This document shows, piece after piece, positions 10,696 through 19,366 of a stretch of DNA of 64,000 nucleotides. Made by a program: the position numbers and the translations under genes. Position 1 is the stretch's first letter. The number at the start of each line of letters is the position of its first letter. The stretch is from an uncultured Gammaproteobacteria bacterium (GTDB taxonomy: Bacteria > Patescibacteriota > Microgenomatia > CAYQLK01), in contig CAYUKQ010000001.1 of NCBI GenBank assembly GCA_964445355.1, forward strand, positions 12,277-76,276. The letters run 5' to 3'. The notes under the pieces are model-generated. The model had not been told where the DNA came from and ran no database searches. It saw only the letters and a list, made by a program, of their open reading frames with translations.

Positions 10696-11880
10696 ATGTC
10701 GCCAGAAAAAAAAGATTTCGTTTCCGAATGGGTCAAAACCCCCAGATCTGCAGAGGAATTCACTCAAAATTTTGAAAAGTCGCGTGTGGTTCATGGTCGA
10801 CCGTTAGCACACGCATACCAAAAACTCGTCGAAATTGAAGGTTTAAATAAAACCGACCTTCTTTGTCTGGGGATCGGGACCGCCAAGGTCGAAGAGATGA
10901 TGAGGCTTGATTCCGCTCGTATAACCGCGATCGAATTTAATGAGTCCTATATTGCTAAAGCCAAAACTCGTCTTCCCAGGGCGAAATTTTTACAGGGAAG
11001 AATGGAAGATTTAATTCAGTCCGTCGATCCGTCATCAATTTGCCTCAGTCAGGAATCGCTTGATTGTATTCCTCCTGCTCAACTTCCCGAGCTGGTCGGC
11101 AGGATCAAACAAAAGACCGGTAAGCTGGTTGCTATTCAGACTTACAGTCCTGATCCGGAATTTTACGGATCCTCCTGGTCTGGAGCAGATCACGCCATTG
11201 GTGGTCTGGGTCTTGAAGGTGCAACAATACAACAGCAAAAAGTTTTAGAAACCAAATTGAACAATCAAGGTGTTCAATCGACGCTAGATAACCCTCGAAG
11301 AATGCTTAGTGAATTACAAAAATATGTTGAAAATATTATTGGAGCAAGATTCAGTATCGATATTGTAGAGGCACTTGAACACATTGGTTACCCATTTACT
11401 GATCTTCCCAAAGAGGCAGGGCTTCGCAGTCTGCCAGCTCAAGCCTCGCTTTTACTCAATCACACTGAATTACAAGTTGAACACCTTAAAAACGTTTTAG
11501 GTAGACATCTAGCGAATCGCCATCGAGAGGCTGGTCTTTATATTGGTATTGACACCACTCATCGCTTCCTCCAATTGTTATTAGGAACATTTCGAATTGA
11601 TCTGTTTCAACAGCTTTTAGTCCGAGCTTGCCAAGAAGCAGGTTACTGCGACATACGCTTAAAATCTATCAATGCTTCTGAAAAAAGGACCCTAGAACCT
11701 TCTGAATTAGTTGCTCAGTTTAACCGTTCATTGGATGTAATTAAGAAAAAACCAGTTTTCCGACGGATCAGGCCTGACGATAAGTATAGTCGTGCCTTTG
11801 TTGGCTCGCCAATTATTCTCATGGAACCATCTGACAATACTTACTCAATAGCCAGAGTACCTTACTTATCGGCGGCGTGA
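10696..11880 (+). CDS. Hypothetical protein (possible Rossmann/methyltransferase-like N-terminal region)
   Basis: 394-aa ORF. Weak glycine-rich segment LLCLGIGTAKVEE. No confident domain assignment. Confidence 0.45.
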   Translation: MSPEKKDFVSEWVKTPRSAEEFTQNFEKSRVVHGRPLAHAYQKLVEIEGLNKTDLLCLGIGTAKVEEMMRLDSARITAIEFNESYIAKAKTRLPRAKFLQGRMEDLIQSVDPSSICLSQESLDCIPPAQLPELVGRIKQKTGKLVAIQTYSPDPEFYGSSWSGADHAIGGLGLEGATIQQQKVLETKLNNQGVQSTLDNPRRMLSELQKYVENIIGARFSIDIVEALEHIGYPFTDLPKEAGLRSLPAQASLLLNHTELQVEHLKNVLGRHLANRHREAGLYIGIDTTHRFLQLLLGTFRIDLFQQLLVRACQEAGYCDIRLKSINASEKRTLEPSELVAQFNRSLDVIKKKPVFRRIRPDDKYSRAFVGSPIILMEPSDNTYSIARVPYLSAA

Positions 11881-13431
11881 TTTTTTTGATACGACATCGG
11901 TACCAATTGCTTGAGTGATATTCGCATATCCATCGCTTTTGATTAATTCACTAAGTCCATAATTAATCTGCATAATTAATTGTGGGCCAACAAACACCAT
12001 TCCCGTGATCAGCTGAACTAAGCTGGCACCATTTTTTATTTTTGTATAAGCATCTTCAGCCGAAAAAACGCCTCCACATCCGACAATAATAAAACGCGTG
12101 CCGTAATTTTTGTAAGCAAGTTTAATTAGCTTATTGGAGTCATCAAACGTTGGTCTCCCGCTGAAATAACCCTGTTTGAACTTAGCTACCTCACTTTTGT
12201 CAAGCAGAGGGTGTTTTTTGTTTTTTTGTAAATTTCCAAAAATTACACCGACAGGGGAGTGTTTAGCAATAACCTTTAACATCTCCAGTGTTTCTTTCTC
12301 TGTTTTCTCGATCGGCATTTTGACAAAGACGGGTTTAGATAATTTTAAGCTGTCAATTGCAGTAAGTAATGCTGAAAGATTTTTCGATGAATAAAATTCC
12401 ACATTTCCCGACAAATTCGGACAGCTGATATTTAATTCATAATAAGCGTGTTTAACTTTTGATTTTTCTACTACGCTAAAGGCCGCAACAATATCCTCAA
12501 CACTTTGTTTTTGCGTCAATTTATCCGTGTTTGTTCTACCAATGCTAATACCAACCGGGATACCAAATACCTCACCTTTAAGTTTTTTACTAACTACTTC
12601 AACACCCTGATTCTTAAATCCTTTATTGACCATTAGTGATCTCGACTTAATCAATCGACCCAGCATCGGTCGGGGATTCCCGTCATACGCTCCATTTGTC
12701 AATGTTCCCATCGATTGGAAACCAAAACCCCAAGGTGCCAGTGACTTGCCAAGCTTAGCTTCATAGTCGAACCCCGCTGCCAGTCCAATTGGGTAATTAA
12801 AATTAAGTCCAGCGACTTTTTGTTTTAATTCCGGCAAATCGGACCTGATCAGGGAAGCAACAAGCCATCTTGAAACACTCATTCTGCCCACGCTTGCACC
12901 CAGTCCGGTCACAACTATGTGCACCATTTCTGGGTCAAAAGCAAAAAATATTCGTTTAATTACATATCGATAAGTCAGTCTGAATACATCTAAGATCAAT
13001 AATTTTCTTTCTCTTCCAAAATAAGCTTGCATGAATGCAAAAATAAAAGTCGAAACGAACGCGGAAACCATGCAATAGATACAAATCCCTTTTATGACTG
13101 CGAACTGCAGATAAACAAAATACATTGAGAATCCAAAACCTACCAAGGATTGAGCTACCGCCAACTTACCAGCTATTATTCGATATTTTGTTAAGCTAAA
13201 TAATAGCAATACTGTCAGCGCCAAGTACTGAATAATTCCCCAGACAGGCAAGGGAACTCCAAGCATTACCGAATACTGGCTTCGCAAAACTCTTCCACAA
13301 TCGACAAACAAAAAAGAACTGGTCGTGCACGGTGGCAAGGTTCCAGCAAAATGTTCATGTGCCAGATAAATTGCGTCTCCAAGCCCAAATATTGTAAGTG
13401 CCAGCAAAGTTACCAATACAAACTTCCTCAT
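11866..13431 (-). CDS. pyrD: Fusion protein: N-terminal VKOR (vitamin K epoxide reductase-like, DsbB analogue) domain + C-terminal dihydroorotate dehydrogenase (class 2, quinone-dependent, PyrD)
   Basis: N-terminus has loop cysteines (PPCTTSSFLFVDC), SxxxxGxP (SQYSVMLGVPLPVWG) and the active-site CxxC in a TM helix (KGICIYCMVSAF), as in bacterial VKOR. C-terminal part aligns by eye with E. coli PyrD (FNYPIGLAAGFDYEAK..., NKGFKNQGVE, GISIGRTN). Confidence 0.7.
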   Translation of the reverse strand: MRKFVLVTLLALTIFGLGDAIYLAHEHFAGTLPPCTTSSFLFVDCGRVLRSQYSVMLGVPLPVWGIIQYLALTVLLLFSLTKYRIIAGKLAVAQSLVGFGFSMYFVYLQFAVIKGICIYCMVSAFVSTFIFAFMQAYFGRERKLLILDVFRLTYRYVIKRIFFAFDPEMVHIVVTGLGASVGRMSVSRWLVASLIRSDLPELKQKVAGLNFNYPIGLAAGFDYEAKLGKSLAPWGFGFQSMGTLTNGAYDGNPRPMLGRLIKSRSLMVNKGFKNQGVEVVSKKLKGEVFGIPVGISIGRTNTDKLTQKQSVEDIVAAFSVVEKSKVKHAYYELNISCPNLSGNVEFYSSKNLSALLTAIDSLKLSKPVFVKMPIEKTEKETLEMLKVIAKHSPVGVIFGNLQKNKKHPLLDKSEVAKFKQGYFSGRPTFDDSNKLIKLAYKNYGTRFIIVGCGGVFSAEDAYTKIKNGASLVQLITGMVFVGPQLIMQINYGLSELIKSDGYANITQAIGTDVVSKKSRRR

Positions 13432-13533
13432 ACTTTTATCTATTTAATTTCAACAGAAAATATTCTACCAGACCACACTCAAAAACAACCTTAATAGGCA
13501 TTACGGTTACACTTTACCTGATTAAGACAAAGA

Positions 13534-14046
13534 TTATTTTACTTTTTTACTCTCTCCGATAGTCGGCTTGATCAATTTGAGATATCCGAGTAGCAGCGAA
13601 ACAACCAGCCCGACTGTTACAATTAAGAATAAGAATTTCATATTTTCTGCCCCAAAACCCCTGATCGTTCCATACAATAGTGTCAGTACACCACCCAACA
13701 GAATCCCGTCAGCAATTAGTAATATTGTTCTGAACAAAGTCAGGCTCGTTATCACCATTATTACTGCTGCGACTACTGCAATTGTCGATACATTTCGGGA
13801 GTAGTTCTGCTCTGTGGTCCTGTATTCCCTCTCGACCTTGTCAAATTCTTCTGATTGTCTCTTGTAGTCGGCACAACCCTCAGCATCCTTGAGGTCAACC
13901 GAACAATACTTCAACATCGCCGGCATCTCCGGATATTTTGGACTGGGATAAAAAGCCGCGATACCGACACCCACAAAAACCGCTAAAAATATTCCGACAA
14001 AAAAAGTATAAACAACTCTTAAGATCATAGCTGTATCTAACAGCAA
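13534..14046 (-). CDS. Hypothetical small membrane protein
   Basis: 170 aa with about 4 predicted TM helices. No known motif. Confidence 0.5.
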   Translation of the reverse strand: MLLDTAMILRVVYTFFVGIFLAVFVGVGIAAFYPSPKYPEMPAMLKYCSVDLKDAEGCADYKRQSEEFDKVEREYRTTEQNYSRNVSTIAVVAAVIMVITSLTLFRTILLIADGILLGGVLTLLYGTIRGFGAENMKFLFLIVTVGLVVSLLLGYLKLIKPTIGESKKVK

Positions 14047-14112
14047 TTATACATCCAGACATTGTTCAATAACTTTCTGAACTGACCACTTTGCAGTCAG
14101 TCAGACAATTTT

Positions 14113-14183
14113 GCTGCGGGACAGGGATTCGAACCCCAATACCACCCTCCAGAGGGGCGTGTCCTACCATTAGACGATCCCGC
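14113..14183 (-). tRNA. tRNA-Gln (anticodon CUG)
   Basis: Reverse complement folds as a tRNA: acceptor UGCGGGA/UCCCGCA (7 bp), D-arm GUC...GAC, anticodon stem CGCCC/GGGUG with loop CUCUGGA (anticodon CUG), T-loop GGUUCGAAUCC, discriminator G. D-arm layout parallels E. coli tRNA-Gln. Confidence 0.75.
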
Positions 14184-14238
14184 AAAAATTTTTTTTATAA
14201 CTTCTGTCTAATAGGAAGGTTCTGACTTTAGTCAGGTT

Positions 14239-14260
14239 CTTACCATTAGACGATCCCGCA
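14239..14260 (-). repeat. 22-bp direct repeat duplicating the 5' end (acceptor + D-arm) of tRNA-Gln, one mismatch. Possible att-site remnant or tRNA pseudogene fragment.
   Basis: cttaccattagacgatcccgca (14239-14260) versus cctaccattagacgatcccgca (14162-14183). The downstream sequence lacks a T-arm, so it is not a second complete tRNA. Confidence 0.6.
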
Positions 14261-14352
14261 TTGTGCTTAAATTTTATATTTCATCACAGGCTCGGCAATT
14301 ATACCCGAAACCACCCGTCTTTTGAATTAAGGCTATTTGAAGCTAAGGGTCC

Positions 14353-14381
14353 TTGACAATTATACTATCCTATAGTATAAT
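14353..14381 (+). promoter_or_regulatory. Consensus sigma70-like promoter TTGACA-17-TATAAT in front of the GC-rich ORF
   Basis: TTGACA at 14353-14358, 17-nt spacer, TATAAT at 14376-14381, in AT-rich sequence. SD AAGGAAGG at 14401-14408. Confidence 0.5.
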
Positions 14382-14418
14382 TACCAACAGTTCTTTAAAA
14401 AAGGAAGGTCTGAACAAG

Positions 14419-14853
14419 TTGATCGAAACCCTCAGGAAGCCGCCCCGTGCGCTCAAGATCTACTACCTCGTCCTCGCCGCCTTCTTCGCGGTCTGGGCGG
14501 GCACAATTGCCGGGCAAGCCCCGGACAGCAACACGACCGCCGGCATCATCGCCGTCTGGTTCGGCTACGCCTTCGTTCCGGTCATCGCTCTGGCGTTCGC
14601 GACCGAGTCGCGCCGACCCGTCCTCACCCAGGTCATTCTCTGCTCGAGCGGGAGTGTACTGATCCTGGCAGGGTGGGTGATCGGATACGATTCGGTCAAC
14701 GATCCAGCGCCAATGGTCTGGTACGAGCCGATCATCTTTGTCGCAATCGCGGCGTTGATGGTCTTCCCGATGATGGTCTTCACCCTCATCTACCTCGGCA
14801 TCAGCAAGCTCGCCGGCCACTTCGGCCTCATCCCTACCTTCCTCAGAGCCTAG
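14419..14853 (+). CDS. Small 4-TM membrane protein encoded by an anomalously GC-rich (about 60%) ORF. Function unknown.
   Basis: ORF track gives 14353..14853 using a TTG inside the -35 box. The in-frame TTG at 14419, 10 nt after AAGGAAGG, coincides exactly with the jump in GC content. Four hydrophobic helices. Codon usage is GC3-rich, unlike neighbours. Confidence 0.6.
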   Translation: MIETLRKPPRALKIYYLVLAAFFAVWAGTIAGQAPDSNTTAGIIAVWFGYAFVPVIALAFATESRRPVLTQVILCSSGSVLILAGWVIGYDSVNDPAPMVWYEPIIFVAIAALMVFPMMVFTLIYLGISKLAGHFGLIPTFLRA

Positions 14854-14930
14854 GCAGCCTCACCAGGAGACTGCCAAAGCTCAAAGATCGACTAGGTCGG
14901 GAGCTAAACAAGCTCCCACCTCCCGCTTCA

Positions 14931-14968
14931 GCCCCCGCTCCAAAACCAGTTGGACGGGGGCCTTTTTT
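14931..14968 (+). terminator. Rho-independent terminator after the GC-rich ORF
   Basis: gcccccg(c)tccaa-aaccag-ttggacgggggc hairpin followed by TTTTTT. Confidence 0.7.
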
Positions 14969-14989
14969 GCTAAAATACCTAAAAAACAT

Positions 14990-15499
14990 ATGTCTGCACA
15001 AAAAATTTCTCTCGACCAAGCCAAAAAAGACAAGTTGTTCTATGTCGTGGCCAACGTTGTCGTCTATCGACCTTCAGACCGACGGTGTCTGCTACTCAAA
15101 CGTTCAGACAATGAAAAGGTCCATCCCAGCAAGTACGCAGTTTGCGGAGGTAAGCTTGAATGGTCAGACCTAGATATTACTCACCCCACGAGAGTCAATG
15201 GAGAAGTGCTTGATTATCAAGACGCGCTAGAAAAACTACTCAACCGTGAAGTTTTCGAAGAGGCAGGTATTAAGATCAAACAAGAATTGAAATACATCAA
15301 TAATGTAGCCTACATTCGCCCCGACGGAATACCTGTCGTGCTACTCAAATTTGCTGCTGAATATCTGTCCGGCGAGGTGGTATTAGAAAAGGGGAGTTTT
15401 AGCGATTATATTTGGGTCAATACCCAAGAGCTTAAAGATCTGGATTGTATTAGCGGAATCAAAGAAGAAGTAATACAAACCATCGATATTTTTGCATAA
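14990..15499 (+). CDS. NUDIX-family hydrolase (non-canonical Nudix box)
   Basis: REVFEEAGI matches the REUxEExGU core of the Nudix box. 169 aa. GC content intermediate (about 45%). Confidence 0.55.
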   Translation: MSAQKISLDQAKKDKLFYVVANVVVYRPSDRRCLLLKRSDNEKVHPSKYAVCGGKLEWSDLDITHPTRVNGEVLDYQDALEKLLNREVFEEAGIKIKQELKYINNVAYIRPDGIPVVLLKFAAEYLSGEVVLEKGSFSDYIWVNTQELKDLDCISGIKEEVIQTIDIFA

Positions 15500-15645
15500 A
15501 AAACCCTCACAGCTTGTCATTTCTTGCGGGCATGTTTGTTCATCGAGATACAACTCTCATGTCGGGTTTGGTGTCGGTTGGGCAGCGAGTTTGGTAAGAA
15601 GTTTTTAACTATAGGATAAGTATCTGTCTCTGATAGAATTAAACG

Positions 15646-16218
15646 ATGACAGATTTGAATCGCTGCAAGTGGTGTCTAAGTTCAGACATTATGACGAAAT
15701 ATCACGATTTTGAGTGGGGAGTACCGCTTCACGATGATACTAAGCTTTTCGAATTCCTAGTTCTTGAGGGTGCGCAAGCTGGACTTAGTTGGAACACAAT
15801 ATTGAACAGGCGAGTAGGCTACAGAAAAGCTTTTGACAACTTCAATATTCCAAAAATCGCAAAATATACAGACACAGATTTTCAGCGACTCATTGGGGAC
15901 GCAGGGATCATTAGAAATAGACTGAAAATAAAGTCCGCAATTAATAACGCAAGTAGATTCCTTGAAGTACAACAAGAGTTCGGAAGCTTTGATCGATATA
16001 TTTGGGCTTTTACCAATTTTCAGTCCATTAATAATAAGTTCAAAAACGACTCTGATATTCCCCCATCCTCTCCCCTGTCTGACCAGATTTCAAAGGACTT
16101 AAAAAATAGGGGATTTACCTTCGTCGGAACCACGATTATTTATGCACATCTTCAAGCCACAGGCATGGTCAACGACCATCTGACTTCCTGTTTTCGTTAC
16201 GATCAGTTGATCAAATAA
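15646..16218 (+). CDS. tag: DNA-3-methyladenine glycosylase I
   Basis: CKWCLSSDIMTKYHDFEWGVPLHDDTKLFEFLVLEGAQAGLSWNTILNRR matches the Tag family signature (Zn-binding Cys/His, QAGLSW). Confidence 0.85.
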   Translation: MTDLNRCKWCLSSDIMTKYHDFEWGVPLHDDTKLFEFLVLEGAQAGLSWNTILNRRVGYRKAFDNFNIPKIAKYTDTDFQRLIGDAGIIRNRLKIKSAINNASRFLEVQQEFGSFDRYIWAFTNFQSINNKFKNDSDIPPSSPLSDQISKDLKNRGFTFVGTTIIYAHLQATGMVNDHLTSCFRYDQLIK

Positions 16219-16339
16219 AACTCAGAAAACACAATTACAAGATTGGCAAATAATTCAGCATTTCTTAAGTATTGATTCTTAATATCCACTTAAGCCGCCA
16301 TATATTTGACGGTTAACCATCTTAGATAACCAACAAAAT

Positions 16340-17200
16340 ATGTGTAGTAAGCGTAAACCGCTTAGTTTTGGATTTAGTTTCATCGAACTTATTGTCTCTA
16401 TAGGCATTTTTGGGGTATTAATTTCACTGATCATTGTCGCTGTCAATCCTGTAAGTCAATTTAAAAGAACTCGCGACGTGCAAAGAGCGTCTGATCTCAA
16501 AGCGATCCAAGTCGGGTTGGAGGCTTATAGGATAGCTAATAACTCTTACCCGTTATCCACACAAGATTTTAAAATTACCGGCACCGATTGGGGAGACAAA
16601 TGGGAGACCTATATGCAGCTTCCAGCCGACCCTTTGGAGGAATATAGTTATGCTTATGTTTCCCAGCTTGGAGACAGCTATCAAATTTATGCTCGGTTTG
16701 AAACCACTCCACCTCAGGAATTAGTCTGCACCCCAAACTGCGGACCGAACGGGCTGTACAATGCCGGTTTAGCCAGTGCAAATAGTTCACTTGCGGCAAT
16801 CATGTTCGTACCTTCACCGACACCAACCGCCACACCCACACCTACAGATCTTCCGCAAGGCAAAGTCTCGTATTTTGGAACTTCAGCAACTTACCCGAAG
16901 ATCATTCAGGTCGATTTTGATCCTCTCGATGTGCCGCTCAACCAGACACAATTACTGACTGCCAAAGTTTGGTCAGAAAATCCCGTTGAGACGGTTACGC
17001 TGCGCCTTGAATTGGATAACACGATTACCGAGACCTACCAGCTTGCCCAAACTTCAACAGTGATCATTAATGGAATATATCGCGATCTCTGGTCGATCAG
17101 TATTCCCCATACCGACAGTCATAATTCTCGGTATTCAGTGTATCTATCTGCCACAGACTCGCAAAGTAATAGTATAAATCCAGAAATAATTATCAGATAA
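16340..17200 (+). CDS. Type IV pilin-like protein (class III prepilin signal)
   Basis: G|FSFIELIVSIGIFGVLISLIIVAV has the prepilin peptidase site with Glu at +5. 286 aa with a Thr/Pro linker (PSPTPTATPTPT). Confidence 0.7.
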   Translation: MCSKRKPLSFGFSFIELIVSIGIFGVLISLIIVAVNPVSQFKRTRDVQRASDLKAIQVGLEAYRIANNSYPLSTQDFKITGTDWGDKWETYMQLPADPLEEYSYAYVSQLGDSYQIYARFETTPPQELVCTPNCGPNGLYNAGLASANSSLAAIMFVPSPTPTATPTPTDLPQGKVSYFGTSATYPKIIQVDFDPLDVPLNQTQLLTAKVWSENPVETVTLRLELDNTITETYQLAQTSTVIINGIYRDLWSISIPHTDSHNSRYSVYLSATDSQSNSINPEIIIR

Positions 17201-17202
17201 AA

Positions 17203-19317
17203 ATGTCTACCCAAAAAATCCTCACCATCAAACAATTAACCAAACACTTAACCAAAATATTGTTTGTGTTTGTCTTTTTAATGTTAGGTAGCATTGCAGT
17301 TGCAAAACTCAATTCTGTTTATGCGGTTTATAGTATTAATTCTGTAACTCCAACTTGTGTTGGAACGACTTCCTCGGTCTCGGTTAATTACAGTGTTGAC
17401 GGCCCAAACGGTGCCGCAGGCACAACAGACAATCCATACAATCAATACTCGACCATGTATGATTTTAGTCAATTCTTGTCTGGTACTTATTCCAGCACTT
17501 GGAACAAAGGCGGATTAGGATTTTCTGCCGGAGTAAGTTACACAATTCTTCTTCAGGACCGCAATTTAGGCTGGCCGTCAATGAACAAAGCATCCCAGGT
17601 GTTTACAGCCCTGAATTGTCAGACACCTCCTACTATTACCTCGCCTACCAAAACATCGTTCACCACCACCGGAGCCACACTTGGGGGAAATGTTACCTCA
17701 GCCGGCAATGGTACTTGGTCAAGCAGGGGAGTATGTGTCGGACTTTCAGCTAATCCTACGACTGGTTGTACCAGCACCAGTGGAACGACTGGAGTGTTTA
17801 CTGTCGCTGTCAGTGGTCTGAGCAGCAATACTCTCTATCACTACCGAGCCTACGCAGCCAGTTCGGCTGGCACGGTTTACACTACAGACGACACCTTTAC
17901 CACGCTCAATCCAAACACCCAACCGACCGTTGTCTCCGGGCCAACACTCAGCTATCAGAACAGTCGTTTCCGAACAGGTCCTAATACAACCTGGTCTCTT
18001 ACTTTGCGAGCTGATGATGCTGAGCAAACAGGTGCGAATGCCTTATCTTGGCAGTTACGTACAGCATCCGGCGGCGGCGGCACACTTATTACCAGCGGAA
18101 CGACGACTAGCGGCCAGACCAACAATTTCGGTAGCTTTGCCTATACACAAACAGGGGTCGTTGAAGGCAGTAATACCGTCTACTTAAGAATCTATGATGG
18201 GACCGCTTGGTCAAACGATTGGTTCAGTTGGTTGTACCGCGATACCGTCAATCCGACCAGTGCAACTTCTATTTCACACTCCCCTGCTAATGTTTCCACG
18301 GATAATAACTACACTGTGACCTTCACACCCAACGATGCTGCAAGTACTAATAGCAATGAGCTTATTGGGTATGTCTACACCGGACCCAACGGTACTGGTA
18401 CATATCTTACAGGCACGTCCGCAACCAGCGGACAATCCAAGACCACCTCAACGATTACAGATACCGCTCTGGTTCAAGGAAACAATACTCGTTATCTCAG
18501 GACCTGTGATGGGGCGAATAACTGCAGTGACACAAGTTTCACAGTTATCAAAAGTAGTACGGCTTCAATATCTTCACCGACCAAGAATTCGATCACGGTT
18601 TACGGAGCAAATCTCGGTGGTAACATCACTACTGACAATGGTAATACCATAACCGGTAGGGGTGTTTGTGTCGGAGCAAGCGCCGACCCTGCTATAGGTG
18701 GAAACTGTATAGGTACAACCGGAACTACTGGAATATTTAGCGTACTTTTTACCAATCTCACCGGCGCAACGACCTACCACTACCGTGCTTACGCTACCAA
18801 CTCCGCCGGTACGGTGTATACAACAGATGACACTTTTATAACAATCACTCCGGCCACAGGATGTACATTCCCGATCTCCGGTGATGTCTCAATCAACTCC
18901 ACCTGCAACATCCCTACCAACGGACTTACCGTATCAACAACACAGTTAAGGCTTGTTGGTTCAGACACAGGCAGTATTCAAATGCTGGCTGATATGACGG
19001 TTAATCCGGGCAGCATTCTTGTTTGGGGTCCGGGAAAACAAATTGTCCGAGCTCCTGGTGTAACAATGTTTAACGCTACCGGAACACAAATTACCCAAAA
19101 ATATATCTGCCTCTATGATCCGGATTCCGATGGTGTGCCTAATGACTACATCGTCAACACTCAAGGCGGGACCGCAGTACTGCAAGACAGCTCAAGCTGT
19201 GGAACGAACTACATTCGTCCAAACTCATTGAATGCGGCATTTTTAGAATTCAATAGTGCGGTCAAAGACCTCGCTCCAGACGATGGATTGTGTTTTGACA
19301 GTGCAACATGTAATTAG
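17203..19317 (+). CDS. Large Ser/Thr/Gly-rich cell-surface protein with two internal repeats of about 90 aa (putative adhesin)
   Basis: N-terminal signal/TM (ILFVFVFLMLGSIAVA). Repeat 1 nt 17638-17907 (TSPTKTSFTTTGATLGGNVTSAGNGTWSSRGVCVGLSANP...YHYRAYAASSAGTVYTTDDTFTTL). Repeat 2 nt 18571-18846 (SSPTKNSITVYGANLGGNITTDNGNTITGRGVCVGASADP...YHYRAYATNSAGTVYTTDDTFITI). Starts 3 nt after the pilin gene. Confidence 0.65.
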   Translation: MSTQKILTIKQLTKHLTKILFVFVFLMLGSIAVAKLNSVYAVYSINSVTPTCVGTTSSVSVNYSVDGPNGAAGTTDNPYNQYSTMYDFSQFLSGTYSSTWNKGGLGFSAGVSYTILLQDRNLGWPSMNKASQVFTALNCQTPPTITSPTKTSFTTTGATLGGNVTSAGNGTWSSRGVCVGLSANPTTGCTSTSGTTGVFTVAVSGLSSNTLYHYRAYAASSAGTVYTTDDTFTTLNPNTQPTVVSGPTLSYQNSRFRTGPNTTWSLTLRADDAEQTGANALSWQLRTASGGGGTLITSGTTTSGQTNNFGSFAYTQTGVVEGSNTVYLRIYDGTAWSNDWFSWLYRDTVNPTSATSISHSPANVSTDNNYTVTFTPNDAASTNSNELIGYVYTGPNGTGTYLTGTSATSGQSKTTSTITDTALVQGNNTRYLRTCDGANNCSDTSFTVIKSSTASISSPTKNSITVYGANLGGNITTDNGNTITGRGVCVGASADPAIGGNCIGTTGTTGIFSVLFTNLTGATTYHYRAYATNSAGTVYTTDDTFITITPATGCTFPISGDVSINSTCNIPTNGLTVSTTQLRLVGSDTGSIQMLADMTVNPGSILVWGPGKQIVRAPGVTMFNATGTQITQKYICLYDPDSDGVPNDYIVNTQGGTAVLQDSSSCGTNYIRPNSLNAAFLEFNSAVKDLAPDDGLCFDSATCN

Positions 19318-19366
19318 AAACAATCATTGACAATCCGTAGCTTTTTGCTACAATCCTATCTCAACA

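Noticed and set aside
10652-10763. Extended 117-aa version of the GIY-YIG ORF overlapping the divergent gene start at 10696
   Set aside because: The conserved GIY-YIG domain begins at the internal Met (MYFVYIL). The upstream extension has no conservation signal and creates a 68-nt antisense overlap.
14185-14275. Possibility that the duplicated tRNA-like fragment is a second, intron-containing tRNA
   Set aside because: After the shared 5' 22 nt the sequence forms only a short CTGAC/GTCAG hairpin. It has no T-arm (GGTTCGAATCC-like) or matching acceptor 3' strand.
14395-14820. 141-aa minus-strand ORF (and 14447..14662, 14565..14789, 14673..15173 ORFs) overlapping the GC-rich island
   Set aside because: High GC suppresses stop codons in all frames. 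These ORFs have Arg/Asp/Pro-rich low-complexity translations, and one spans the terminator. The plus-strand 4-TM ORF has a start with SD and a coherent hydrophobic pattern.
17284-18780. Seven short ORFs on both strands inside the 704-aa surface-protein gene
   Set aside because: Nested in a long continuous ORF with clear repeat structure and a signal peptide. Their translations are low-complexity reflections of the Thr/Gly codon bias.
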